Shown: positions 29,601 to 38,683 of the stretch, one piece after another
Layout of the letters: each line of letters begins with the position of its first letter
Numbering within the stretch: position 1 is the first letter of the stretch
IMG/VR virus record: IMGVR_UViG_3300045988_107221
Coordinates: 1-44,774 of that record
Reading direction: 5' to 3' (one strand)
Length of the DNA: 44,774 nt
DNA from: a virus
The notes under the pieces: model-generated
Told to the model about the DNA's origin: nothing
The model's input: only the letters and a program-made list of their open reading frames with translations
Databases searched by the model: none
Position numbers and translations under genes: made by a program

Positions 29601-32297
29601 TTCTTTGATTCCGTCAGACACGGCTTTCGGGATTTTCTTTCCTTTTGCTTTCATCTTTTCGGTGATTGCGTCAAGTGCTTTCTCGGTTTCGGCGGCGTTT
29701 ATGGTCGTTTCCGCGTATTTTTCTGTTCGGTCGTACTCATTATTAAGCTCTTGTAATTTCTTTTTGTTCTTTTCAAGTGCGCTATTTGTCTTTTCATAAG
29801 CTTCTTTTTTTGTTCTTTCCGCTTTCGCTAACTTCAGATAGTTTTCATACTCTTTACCGTATACGTGCATACCCGCATCGGCCCACGCCTGTTGTGCTTC
29901 CGCGGTCTTTTTCTTTGCTTCGGTGTATGCTTTTTCGTTCTTAGCGTTCTGCTTTGTCAGTTCACCTTGTTGTGTCTCAACTTTTACAATGTCTTGTGCT
30001 ATCGTAGTAAGGTTTGCTTGTGCGGCTTTCGCCTTAATCAGTTCTTTTTGAGCGGAAATATTGTTTTTTAATGCCTCGCTGGACTGATTAAGCTTATCTT
30101 TTTCTTCGTCATACTTTAAATTTAAGTCCGGCATAAGGTCATTGAGCTTTGACACATAATCTTTTATCTGTGCTTTCTGTGCAGCACTCTTATGCTCTAC
30201 CCCAATTAAATCATTCAAACGGTCGTAATAAATATCTGCCTGCGCCCCCTCGGCTTCTGCACTCTTTACACCGTCCTGTCTTGCTTTGTCAGATTCCTTT
30301 AAGGATTTCGCAAGCTCTTTTTGCTTACTGATGAGGTTATCTGTTGCGGCTGCATTTTCATCTATTTTTTTGCTTGATAATTTTGTTTTAACTACATATG
30401 CGGCTACTCCAGCTGTAAGTGCTGCAACACCAGCGACAGCTAGTGTTACAGGATTTGCCAGCATGGCAAGATTGAATCCTGTCGCCGCTCCAGTTGCTGC
30501 GGTAGTTGCAGTAGTAACTAATCCCATTGCAGCAGCCATTCCCGATAATGTCGTAATAAATCCGCTTATCTTGCTCGCTATGAATACAGTGCCGAGCGCA
30601 GTGCCTACTCCCGTGATAGCCGGAATAAGACTATTCATATGCCGGATAGCATAATCCGCAAATGATTTTATCCCGGGTAAAGCTTCCTGAGCTAATGGTA
30701 TAATGAGACCTGTTTGTAATTCACGTCCGATTTCACTAAACTGTGACCCTACATCATCATAGCGAACATCTTTAATCTCCTCCATCTTACCTTTAACATC
30801 ATTAAATGTGTTACCGGTCGATGTGAGTGATTTCACAACTTTGAGGTTCGCATCTTCTCCCATCGTGCCAAAAGCAGTTGAAGCCATGTTCAAAGCTTCT
30901 TGCTCATTTGTACAATTATTAATGTCATTAACGATTGAATCAATGACGTCCTTCATTGTACCTTTTCCATTTTCCCAAGCTTTGAAAGCGGTCTTTGTGG
31001 ACTGACTGAACATGCCAATATTTTTACCTATTGTACCGTCACCAAGGCGATTTTTAACTTCATTAATCGAGTCGTTAACCTTATCGAGATTGTACGCCCC
31101 ATTCTGTGTACCATTCGCGAGTAATTGAAAGTATTCTTGTGCAGAATATCCCGCCTGCTTAAAGTTTCCGCCATACTCGGAGATGTTATCCCCTAATTCA
31201 TCTGTATAGTCAAGTCCTTCCTGTGAACCTTTCGCAAATAAATCAAACGCTGTAGTAGAATCAATGCCGAAGTGTGTCATTAAATTGCTTACGCCACGAA
31301 TTGTTTCATTGAAATCTGATCCGAACGTGTCCTCTAATGTTATTGCATTTTCGGTCAGCTCTTTGATTTTTGACGGATCCGTCTCTTTAGTTACCTGTTT
31401 GACGTATGCCATTTTGTCGCCCACGTCCTGCAAGCTCTCACCATAATTATTGTCGTACAGTTCATTCATTTCTTTTTTGAACGCCTGCATCTGTTTTGCA
31501 CTCGCGCCCGTCTGTGCTTGGAATTTGTTATGAGCTTGATCAGAAGCGGTTGCAAATTCTTTAAATGCACTGATTGCGCCCTTAATTCCATCGGCCACTA
31601 AATCGGCAAGGGCACCTTTCATGATTGTAAAACCGTCAGAACTATCTTCCGCTTCTTCACCGGCACGATCAAGACTTTTGTCTAAATCATCAGCAGCATT
31701 TGCAGCACTTGACATTTTACTTTTATTTTCGGATAATTCACCGGATAATTGGGAAATCTCATTGGCAAGTTGTTGAGCTTCAGTTGAAGCCTTCCCTTGC
31801 TCAAGAACAACGCTAGAATATTTTGTTTTTAGCGACTGCAATTCAGATTCTTGTTTGGAAATAGTATCTTGTAATTCCTCATAAGCTGATCGCATTTCAT
31901 CCGCACCATTCGCGGATTGTTTTACTTCCTGCTCGAGATTATTCAACATTCTACCATAATGCTCTAAAGAGGATTTTGTTTTTCCAATTGCCGCTTCCTG
32001 ATTCTTTATTTTGATCTCAAGTTCCTGTGCAGCTTTAGAGCTTTTTCCCTGTTCTTCTGTTACTTGTTCATATTGAGTTTTGAGATTACTGAGAATCGTT
32101 TTTTCAGACTTCAAAGTGCTTCTTAACTGATTCATCTTTGCAGTCAAACCATCTGCCGATTCAGTCCACTTATTCATCCCAGCAGTGGAAGCCTTAAATT
32201 CCGCATTAGCCAATCTGATTTGACGCCGTGCTTCAGTCATGGACTTTTTCAATTCGGATATATCCATCTTTAATTTTGTCGTTGTCTCACTTGGCAT
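26628..32297 (-). CDS. tape measure protein
   Basis: Start at the ATG at 32297 (RBS GGTGGTGAG), 1889 aa. Long coiled-coil N-terminal region, a central hydrophobic Gly/Ala-rich TM block, and internal repeats. Position after the G/T chaperones. Confidence 0.9.
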   Translation of the reverse strand: MPSETTTKLKMDISELKKSMTEARRQIRLANAEFKASTAGMNKWTESADGLTAKMNQLRSTLKSEKTILSNLKTQYEQVTEEQGKSSKAAQELEIKIKNQEAAIGKTKSSLEHYGRMLNNLEQEVKQSANGADEMRSAYEELQDTISKQESELQSLKTKYSSVVLEQGKASTEAQQLANEISQLSGELSENKSKMSSAANAADDLDKSLDRAGEEAEDSSDGFTIMKGALADLVADGIKGAISAFKEFATASDQAHNKFQAQTGASAKQMQAFKKEMNELYDNNYGESLQDVGDKMAYVKQVTKETDPSKIKELTENAITLEDTFGSDFNETIRGVSNLMTHFGIDSTTAFDLFAKGSQEGLDYTDELGDNISEYGGNFKQAGYSAQEYFQLLANGTQNGAYNLDKVNDSINEVKNRLGDGTIGKNIGMFSQSTKTAFKAWENGKGTMKDVIDSIVNDINNCTNEQEALNMASTAFGTMGEDANLKVVKSLTSTGNTFNDVKGKMEEIKDVRYDDVGSQFSEIGRELQTGLIIPLAQEALPGIKSFADYAIRHMNSLIPAITGVGTALGTVFIASKISGFITTLSGMAAAMGLVTTATTAATGAATGFNLAMLANPVTLAVAGVAALTAGVAAYVVKTKLSSKKIDENAAATDNLISKQKELAKSLKESDKARQDGVKSAEAEGAQADIYYDRLNDLIGVEHKSAAQKAQIKDYVSKLNDLMPDLNLKYDEEKDKLNQSSEALKNNISAQKELIKAKAAQANLTTIAQDIVKVETQQGELTKQNAKNEKAYTEAKKKTAEAQQAWADAGMHVYGKEYENYLKLAKAERTKKEAYEKTNSALEKNKKKLQELNNEYDRTEKYAETTINAAETEKALDAITEKMKAKGKKIPKAVSDGIKEGQYEVPSTVEGMENLIKFDNLAKQAKVDGVKIPKSLAEGISSGEISAQEAVNRLSNIAKFDNSQTLAAAKEAGIKIPKSLRDGIASGKVSVEQATKQLQSALDFNSSDVVTKAKNAGVEVPKSLANGIASGKISVDTATKQLQTAIDFKQTLTQAGITGKQIPQSLMQGIATGKTSVDQAAKLINDAVSFKDVAAKAGQDGTNTVNNLVKQILAGKTTAEEAGKALGKATVDGQKEGSKGAKAAGKKPGKDHATGAKSTTGANKKAGQADGKAVVTGQANGAKSAKATGTKAGKNHAAGVSDTKGQNQKAGQTIGKSADTGAKSGSGGMHKTGAKAGTEYASGVGSKTGTARSKGKSLGDNAKSGAGSVSAYSSGTNFAQGFINGIGSLVSAAYSKAESLAKKAWAGLKKGQKEGSPSKLTTQSGKYFGQGYTNGIQSMTKAAVQSAAQMGVQSVQSLRDAQKEGSPSKLTYDSGKNFVKGYINGIVSEQTDLTNTVKNTVKSVITTLAGLSNFNFSSVASEASSVFSKAMSDKINYMTSKMQYLNDQKTAGLENQLSKYESKQSTYQKKYDTAKSKYDKAKTSYDKASKNYNKAKKSYDKAKKKSDKTKYKKQMATYKKEMAADKKTMASQKKNMSAAKKQVNNYKQLVKDQTEFNNAYQTASSQMLSEFSSAMSEYQTQAQALIDDTINGITDTYQTKYDSLIEKQNTLISKLQSAGDLFTISDAGIMTVNDIKAQTQSIKDYADKLQTVKNKVSSELFDQIASYDMDQGNAFMDRLLSMSDADLKAYSDAYDEKMKVSEELAQKTYSKDFDNIASEYQNSLKQAFKDLPKQLEEIGQQVMAGFTSGLTKNTDYMTSAIKTMVKAMVDEFKDELDIHSPSKVTEKLGIFTGRGFGNGLLDSIKQVQENAKKFISGVTTPLTDVTTNIPNMRSAVKSSTGNGIANNNQTIVNNYNLVQNNTSPKSLSALETYRARRQQVSMVKAMTQPI

Positions 32298-32311
32298 TTT
32301 CTCACCACCTT

Positions 32312-32868
32312 TTAGAACCAATCATCGCCAGCTGGTCGCCGGATAACCCTGTTATCGTTGCTATCATTGTCCCCTCGTTTTGCTTCTCGAAGTTGCAGTG
32401 CTCGAACGTCACTATATAATCTGATCACATCATGAAATGTGTGTTTTTCAATATCATAAGGCGTCATTGCTGGAAATTCTTTGCATAATTGATAGTTAAT
32501 ATCGAATAATACTTCAAAGAGCGGAGTGTCATCCACTCCGCCCTCTAGTTTTTTGGGTCTTTAGGAATAGATAAAATCTCGGAAAAAGAAGATTTTAAGA
32601 TGTTTAATACCGCTGGTACTAACTCTTTTAATTTCACATGCTCCCAATCTTCCGGTTCCATATCTGGAAAACACTGTCCTAAAATTCCTACAAGCTGCTC
32701 CCATGCTCCATAAATAACAGTCAATAATTCACCTGTATCATTCACATTATCAACGTTTAAAAGTTTCATAAGAGAGCGGATTGTTCCAAATTCTAAATCT
32801 ATAGTCTGAGCTTCGCAAGTCTTTTTGATCTGATTATTTTCATCGTAAACATTAATCGCTAATTTCAT
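32312..32868 (-). CDS. tail assembly chaperone G-T fusion made by -1 programmed frameshift
   Basis: The -1 frame is open from the slippery site into ORF 32312..32536, reading KKLEGGVDDTPLFEV... The C-terminus is ...RRPAGDDWF. Confidence 0.75.
32545..32868 (-). CDS. tail assembly chaperone (G-like)
   Basis: 107 aa and acidic, between the major tail protein and the tape measure. Ends ...PKDPKN-stop at the slippery site. Confidence 0.8.
   Translation of the reverse strand: MKLAINVYDENNQIKKTCEAQTIDLEFGTIRSLMKLLNVDNVNDTGELLTVIYGAWEQLVGILGQCFPDMEPEDWEHVKLKELVPAVLNILKSSFSEILSIPKDPKN
32548..32554 (-). promoter_or_regulatory. -1 ribosomal frameshift slippery heptamer A-AAA-AAC
   Basis: The minus strand reads GAC CCA AAA AAC TAG. 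The X-XXY-YYZ heptamer sits in the correct phase, and the last zero-frame codon is followed by the stop. Confidence 0.8.
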
Positions 32869-32891
32869 AAGGTTATCCTCCTTTTAAATTA

Positions 32892-32913
32892 TCCCGGTAC
32901 GAGAGTACCGGGA
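32892..32913 (-). terminator. hairpin after the major tail gene (possible attenuating terminator)
   Basis: 9-bp stem TCCCGGTAC-GAGA-GTACCGGGA. The downstream tract on the minus strand is only TAATTTAAAA, so termination is probably partial at best. Confidence 0.4.
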
Positions 32914-32978
32914 AATGTCAATAATCAATTTAGATTAATCGGTTAATATTAATCGAGTGCTTATCGAGTGAAACTCGA

Positions 32979-33578
32979 TTAGGCTTTTGCGGTAACAGTA
33001 TCAGGTGTCTGAACTGTTTTAAAGAACTCCGTTGTATCCACTTTGTCAAGGCTTGTATCTACGTTAACTGCCTTAGCTGGCTTACCTGTCTTTGTAAATT
33101 TATGTGTTGTAGAAATTCCTGTGTAAGTAAGTTCCTGTCCATTTGCATCTGTTCCGTCATCTTCTGTCGCATGGTCAGAATCAGGAATAGAGAAGGAACC
33201 TTTTAATCTCCATACAAGGATTTCTGTTCCGTCGGTTGTCTTTGTGCGATAACCAAATGCAAAATACTTCTGCGTTCTTTCCTGTTCTACCATCATTCCT
33301 GTTGTCGCATCATAATACTGACCTGTGATCTCTGCGAGGGTATCTAATGGGATAGCAGATGCATTGATCGTTAACTCATCTGATCCAGTAGAAGAAACGA
33401 TAACCGCTGGGATATTGTCATAATAATGCGGCTCATTACTAGAATCAGTGGATTTAGCGATTTCAGATACACCGGTGAAATCTTTTACCTCACCAGTTGT
33501 AAAGGTATCACCATCGGCTGTAACTTCTGCATATACTGCACCGGATACGCCTCTGTACTCATAAATCTTTTTTGCCAT
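32979..33578 (-). CDS. major tail protein
   Basis: 199 aa. Position between the tail-completion genes and the chaperones. Strong RBS, followed by a hairpin. Confidence 0.75.
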   Translation of the reverse strand: MAKKIYEYRGVSGAVYAEVTADGDTFTTGEVKDFTGVSEIAKSTDSSNEPHYYDNIPAVIVSSTGSDELTINASAIPLDTLAEITGQYYDATTGMMVEQERTQKYFAFGYRTKTTDGTEILVWRLKGSFSIPDSDHATEDDGTDANGQELTYTGISTTHKFTKTGKPAKAVNVDTSLDKVDTTEFFKTVQTPDTVTAKA

Positions 33579-33590
33579 AATTTTTACCTC

Positions 33591-33932
33591 CTAAATTTGT
33601 AAAAAATAAACTTCTATACCTCGGCCAATATGTGTGGCCTCATCAGAAGCTACGTCATATCCTCGACCGGGAGTAATCCATCTTTCTTCTTTTAATTTTT
33701 TCCTTGCTTCAGCAAGAATCGAATATGCTTTTTCTGGGTCCGTGCTGTAGAAATTTACATCAAAATCCCAAGTTGTTCCATATTCATCATTATTATAATG
33801 AGAATGATCTGAGCTATCATTATTCCAGAACGTAAAGAAATCATCTGGATAGGGTTCATCTTCCGTTAGACTTCCTTGCCTGAATACTGGATAGCCAAAC
33901 GATTCTAATATACTAATCAAATTATCCTCCAT
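33591..33932 (-). CDS. tail completion / tail terminator-like protein
   Basis: 113 aa. Assigned by position in the head-tail joining block. Confidence 0.5.
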   Translation of the reverse strand: MEDNLISILESFGYPVFRQGSLTEDEPYPDDFFTFWNNDSSDHSHYNNDEYGTTWDFDVNFYSTDPEKAYSILAEARKKLKEERWITPGRGYDVASDEATHIGRGIEVYFLQI

Positions 33933-34377
33933 TTATCCTCCTATCAACTTCTTCTTTAAAGCGTTCGATCATTTTGTCTCTAATCCCATTCATATAACGC
34001 TTACTCTTATAAATTTTATTTAGTTCTTTGTCGGGTGCCATTCTTGGTGTACCAGTGATCAGATAACCACCTGCACCTGGCTTATCAAAATCAAATCCCA
34101 CACCGATTTCAGCGATAGAACCGGACCAAGTTGTCTTTGCATTTCTGACAATAGAAGCTTCGGTCGGATGTCCCGTATGATGATACTTACCATGAGCGGG
34201 AAGATATTGATCTGATACTCCGGCAACGGTGTCTTGCTCGATGGTTTGTCCGGCTTCGTTCAATATATTACTAACAATCGGCTTTAAATCTGCTTGCAAA
34301 TCTTCTAATTTAGCGATATATTCATCAAAACCTTTAACATCTAATTTCAACATATTTTTCCCAATATCAAGCACCAC
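33922..34377 (-). CDS. HK97 gp10-like tail/neck protein
   Basis: 151 aa. Assigned by position and size. Start codon (GTG) uncertain. Confidence 0.5.
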   Translation of the reverse strand: MVLDIGKNMLKLDVKGFDEYIAKLEDLQADLKPIVSNILNEAGQTIEQDTVAGVSDQYLPAHGKYHHTGHPTEASIVRNAKTTWSGSIAEIGVGFDFDKPGAGGYLITGTPRMAPDKELNKIYKSKRYMNGIRDKMIERFKEEVDRRINGG

Positions 34378-34714
34378 CTTTAATACGTTTTACCTTAAAT
34401 TTAGAGTATTGATTTCTCATCTCAATGTTCTCTGGTTCGTTCATAATTTCATAAACTGCCCCGGTATCCGCTAACATTATTCGGCAATCACTTTTAATAT
34501 CAGGACGAAACCATGTTTCTACATTGGCAGTATCTTCAATGGAGTAAACGTCATTGATATTTCTTTCTGTTCCGCCATATGTCTTAAAACTACAGAATAA
34601 TAACTCACCATCATTAGGATAAACCTTCTTTTTTACACCTTTGACAGTCTGATAAGTTGGAACCAATAATTTTATAGGAGTAGCGAACGGTAAACTTGGT
34701 TTATAATGCGCCAT
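34367..34714 (-). CDS. head-tail adaptor / head closure protein
   Basis: 115 aa. Assigned by position after the gp6-like connector. Confidence 0.55.
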   Translation of the reverse strand: MAHYKPSLPFATPIKLLVPTYQTVKGVKKKVYPNDGELLFCSFKTYGGTERNINDVYSIEDTANVETWFRPDIKSDCRIMLADTGAVYEIMNEPENIEMRNQYSKFKVKRIKGGA

Positions 34715-34717
34715 ATT

Positions 34718-34981
34718 TTATCCTCCATAACATAACTGGGCAACTCGCTGCATGAAATATGTTGAAAATTCTCCATCCCCTGAACCATAGTCCCATAAAT
34801 CTGATACACCTCGAGTGACGGCACCGATTATTTTCTTGGACTCCATGGTGGTATTACTTACACCAGCATCAAGCATGAAATCTTTCACATCTTGAATATG
34901 ACCGCTAATCGTATCATCCTGATAGGTTCCAGTAATCCCTATTCTTTTTTTAACTTCCGTCAATAATTCTGCATCCGTCAC
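34718..34981 (-). CDS. gp6-like head-tail connector
   Basis: 87 aa. The N-terminal LLTEVKKRIGITGTYQDDTISGHIQDVKDFM pattern is typical of this family. Confidence 0.6.
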   Translation of the reverse strand: MTDAELLTEVKKRIGITGTYQDDTISGHIQDVKDFMLDAGVSNTTMESKKIIGAVTRGVSDLWDYGSGDGEFSTYFMQRVAQLCYGG

Positions 34982-34995
34982 TCTTTAACACCCCC

Positions 34996-35418
34996 TTAAA
35001 TGTTCGAATTAATTGTGCAAGTTCCAGCTGCAATCGCAAGGTTCTGAGCATCCGCTTCAGCTACACAAATGCTTTCACCATCTGTTGCTGTAATATCACT
35101 CTTACCGTCCCAAGTAGTCCAAGATGAAATATCTTCGAGGTATTCAGGTAAATGGATTGCACCACTTACGTTATAATAAAGCTGACCGGAACCATTACCG
35201 CTCACAGTAATTTTTGTAGTTCCTTTCGCTGTTCCTGGGACAGATGCGAGTGTCAGAGTACCAAGTTCTCCACTAGGATCTTCACCGCCTTTAGCGATTG
35301 CGATCTGATTGATGACTTCCGGGATTGTTTCACCCGGAATGTCTTCAGCTTTTGTGCCATCTGCTTTAATGACAGCACATAAATTTTTCAATGCTTCTAC
35401 AGTTGTATCAATTACCAT
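34996..35418 (-). CDS. Ig-like-domain structural protein (possible capsid decoration)
   Basis: 140 aa, directly after the major capsid gene. TLTLASVPGTAKGTTKITVSG resembles Big_2-type Ig strands. Confidence 0.5.
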   Translation of the reverse strand: MVIDTTVEALKNLCAVIKADGTKAEDIPGETIPEVINQIAIAKGGEDPSGELGTLTLASVPGTAKGTTKITVSGNGSGQLYYNVSGAIHLPEYLEDISSWTTWDGKSDITATDGESICVAEADAQNLAIAAGTCTINSNI

Positions 35419-35430
35419 GATCTCACCTCA

Positions 35431-36762
35431 CTATTTCTTTTTAATGATATAGCAACCCTGAGGGTCAACCATCTTACCGTCAACGATTGTAAGTCCTTTG
35501 TTTACCCATTCATTTTTCTCTTCGTCGAAATAACGTTTCATGCCAAACGCAAGGTTTGTGTTGATCGCGTAGTCATTAGGAATCCAGTAGATACCTACTA
35601 CATCACCAGAAGATGCTGTATCAAAATCATTTACAATATCAGGCTCAACCATTGTTACCTCACGACCATAGAATCGACCTGTAATTGCACTTTCACCAAC
35701 TGTCAGGTCAGCAGCTTCACGGAAAATTGGACGATTATTTGCATCTTTCATCGTTAAAAGATTAGACTCAACGGTTCCGGCTGTGAAAATAAATTCACCC
35801 TGTCCACGTTTAGAAAGAGGGATAATAGCAAATAATTTCTTTCTCCATTTTTCCCAATCGGAAAACTCAGCAGCTGTAAATTCAATCGTGTGGCCGTCCT
35901 GACCAGTAACTCTAGTGTCTTTGAGAATACCGAGCATCTGACCTGCACCAGTTCCAGCGATGATACCTTTGTCCATTGCTTCAACATAAGCTTCTACCAT
36001 AATTCTTACGATTTCCTCTTCAAAAAGAGAAAGGGTAACAACCTGAGAAAGGAGTGTCTGAGATACACGAATTTCACCGATATTATAGGAGAATTCGATG
36101 TATTCTTTGATGTCACCGGCTTTCTGACGTTCGGAAACAGTTGTTTCTGTAATCCACTTGAAATTAGCTTTCAGATCAGAAATCGGGAATTTTACACCGC
36201 CCTGAATATTCAGCTTACGAACTTTGCTATAAAGCTGACCGTAAACCTTGGAAACCTTCTTGATGAACTCATTCATAATAGTAGTTGGAATAATCATTCC
36301 TAAATCTGCTGCAACTGTTGGGCCTGGATCGCCGCCTGCACGCTGAATCAAATTTGTTGGAATTGGTGTTCCACGCTGCACATAATCTTTGAATGCCATA
36401 CGATATTCCATAGAAGCATAAGGGTCTTCGTTGCTACGCTGACCGGTCATATTAGTCTGCTGACCAAATGCACCCTGTACTACGCCACCATTCACTAATG
36501 GAGTATTTAAGGGTGGATTATTTCTCTGCTGTGGCTCTGGGTTTGTTGGTTCTGTAGATGGTTTTGGATCACCGTTCCCTTCATCGTCAATCGCTTTGAT
36601 TTCTTCTTCTGTTTCTGCGATTTCTGCGTTAACATCTTCTAACTGCTCGTTGATGCTTCTTACTTCTGCTGCATCCTGTGACGCCAATGCTCTTTCTTTT
36701 AATTTCTGCTTTTTTGTCTGTAAACGCATTAAGCGTTTTTCTAAAATTGCTTTTCTACCCAT
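35431..36762 (-). CDS. major capsid protein (HK97 fold) with N-terminal coiled-coil scaffolding-like domain
   Basis: 443 aa. Position after the prohead protease. The N-terminal ~60 aa are charged coiled coil. RBS GGAGG. Confidence 0.85.
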   Translation of the reverse strand: MGRKAILEKRLMRLQTKKQKLKERALASQDAAEVRSINEQLEDVNAEIAETEEEIKAIDDEGNGDPKPSTEPTNPEPQQRNNPPLNTPLVNGGVVQGAFGQQTNMTGQRSNEDPYASMEYRMAFKDYVQRGTPIPTNLIQRAGGDPGPTVAADLGMIIPTTIMNEFIKKVSKVYGQLYSKVRKLNIQGGVKFPISDLKANFKWITETTVSERQKAGDIKEYIEFSYNIGEIRVSQTLLSQVVTLSLFEEEIVRIMVEAYVEAMDKGIIAGTGAGQMLGILKDTRVTGQDGHTIEFTAAEFSDWEKWRKKLFAIIPLSKRGQGEFIFTAGTVESNLLTMKDANNRPIFREAADLTVGESAITGRFYGREVTMVEPDIVNDFDTASSGDVVGIYWIPNDYAINTNLAFGMKRYFDEEKNEWVNKGLTIVDGKMVDPQGCYIIKKK

Positions 36763-36764
36763 GA

Positions 36765-37415
36765 TTAAAAACCTCCTAAGATTTTTGTTTTTTCTTTTAA
36801 CAGTTCTAATTCATCAGTATCCACTGATGGTGCACTCTGCCGCCTTGCAGTCTCCACTGCTGACCGAGCATTGTCCAATGCTTCCTTGCTTCGTGCATTT
36901 ATTTCAGTCGATTCATAAGCGGGGAATGTAACCGCACTTACTTCGACGACCGTGCTAATATCTCTAATGTGACGTGTTGGGTGGTCACTATCTAAGTTCT
37001 CCCACTCTTCGTCACGAATTCCAAACATAAATGACATGCCTGAAATATCGCCACGCTGTACAGCACTATATAATGATCTAGCTTCTGAATTATTTTCAGT
37101 ATCTAGTGTGACACGAATTCCAAGCCCATCATTATCAGTGGTCAACTGCATGGTACTATTACCATTATTTCGTCTTGACCTTGCGAGCGGGATTTTACTT
37201 GTGTCATGATTTACAAGGAACCGCACGTCTGTAAGATCGGTATTATTCAATGCCCCTGGCTCTATAATTTCATCGAACCAACCGAGATCTGTTCGGCTGT
37301 TATACACAATTGGGCGACCTGTGATAATATTTCCCTGATCACTTTCCTCAGCCCTCACTTCGAAATTGTAAGAACGCTGTTCAAGCGGTTTATTCTTCTC
37401 CTTTATTTGACCCAT
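36765..37415 (-). CDS. HK97-family prohead protease
   Basis: Start set to the ATG at 37415, 8 nt after GGAGG, giving 216 aa. Contains GRPIVYNSRTDLGWFDEIIEPGAL...FLVNHD. Start uncertain by a few codons. Confidence 0.8.
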   Translation of the reverse strand: MGQIKEKNKPLEQRSYNFEVRAEESDQGNIITGRPIVYNSRTDLGWFDEIIEPGALNNTDLTDVRFLVNHDTSKIPLARSRRNNGNSTMQLTTDNDGLGIRVTLDTENNSEARSLYSAVQRGDISGMSFMFGIRDEEWENLDSDHPTRHIRDISTVVEVSAVTFPAYESTEINARSKEALDNARSAVETARRQSAPSVDTDELELLKEKTKILGGF

Positions 37416-38670
37416 CGCCATCACCTCCATCGTTATCATTACCCGTAGGGGTATTATTTTTTGTGGCATTTCCCACCTGATATTGATTTGCAATATCTAC
37501 GTCAACCCAATTTAACGACATATATCGTTTACCTTCTAATTCGGGTAGTGGACGTAAACCAAATGCTACACGCTTCTCATTCTCATAAATGGAACCCGTA
37601 TTACTCAGCATGTTGACCATTTGCAATGTTTGATCTACAGTCATGAAGATTAAATCCTTTGGATAAAGTTTAATCTCATTTCCAAATGACCTTTCTCTTT
37701 GAGTAAACAACTTTTTTGTAAATGCTTGACTTATTGAAATGATAAGCGGTTCCAAGGTTTTCTGATAAAAAGCTTCATATTGTTCTTTAGTATAATCACC
37801 AGTTAAAATCGCTAAAGGTACGCCCCAGTTTCTTAAAATCTTCTCATCGATAAATTTCAACGTTGGTTCATCAACCAATTGAGTAGATCGTTCTAAAGGT
37901 GTAAACTCTGATTTTAAATCAAGTGGTAAAAATCCACTTTCGGAATTTTTGAGTTTTGTTTCCAGTTCCTTTATTGCCGCTTCCGTCTTACCATCATCGA
38001 GCATAGTGTTGTATTTGACCACGCCATTGATCGCGTAACTGGCATTCATCGCTTTTGCAATACCTTCCAATAAATTTTGATTGAGTTGTAAAGTATCAAG
38101 TAATGCGCTATGATCCGGTTGCCCCGTTACATCTCCGCCCATATATTCATTGACTGAATAGTTATAGCGAATATGAATCAGATTGTCATATTTGATCGTT
38201 GTTTCGAAATTATTTTCAAAACGCATTTTAACATATAATTGGTTGTCCCCATCTTCAATGAAATCCACCTGAGTAGGTTTCAATGGATAAAGTCCATCAT
38301 AAATTCTACGTTCTGTGCCGTCTTTATCTGTCCAAACGTAATAAGTTGGAAGAATAAAAGCATTATAATTTAATAACAATAACCACATGGTCTTCTCTAA
38401 AAATTCACTCGTCGTCATAACTGGATTAGGGTTACTCAATATCATTTGAATGTTCCCATTAATAGGGACCGGATCATTGCCTTTATGGCGTATGTGGGTG
38501 GGATTTAGCTTTTTCATCTCATCCACGATACACTTGACCGCTTGCTGAACCACATCAGATGCATAAATATTTGTGCCAAACTGAGAAAAGATTGGCGTAT
38601 ATCCATTTAACTGTTGTGCCCATTTTTGTGTTTTAGGCGGTCTTCGTTTTAATTTGTCAAGCCATCCCAC
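37390..38670 (-). CDS. portal protein (HK97 family)
   Basis: 426 aa. GTG start after GGAGG. Assigned by size and position upstream of protease and capsid. Confidence 0.85.
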   Translation of the reverse strand: MGWLDKLKRRPPKTQKWAQQLNGYTPIFSQFGTNIYASDVVQQAVKCIVDEMKKLNPTHIRHKGNDPVPINGNIQMILSNPNPVMTTSEFLEKTMWLLLLNYNAFILPTYYVWTDKDGTERRIYDGLYPLKPTQVDFIEDGDNQLYVKMRFENNFETTIKYDNLIHIRYNYSVNEYMGGDVTGQPDHSALLDTLQLNQNLLEGIAKAMNASYAINGVVKYNTMLDDGKTEAAIKELETKLKNSESGFLPLDLKSEFTPLERSTQLVDEPTLKFIDEKILRNWGVPLAILTGDYTKEQYEAFYQKTLEPLIISISQAFTKKLFTQRERSFGNEIKLYPKDLIFMTVDQTLQMVNMLSNTGSIYENEKRVAFGLRPLPELEGKRYMSLNWVDVDIANQYQVGNATKNNTPTGNDNDGGDGDGSNKGEE

Positions 38671-38683
38671 CTTTTATTACCTC

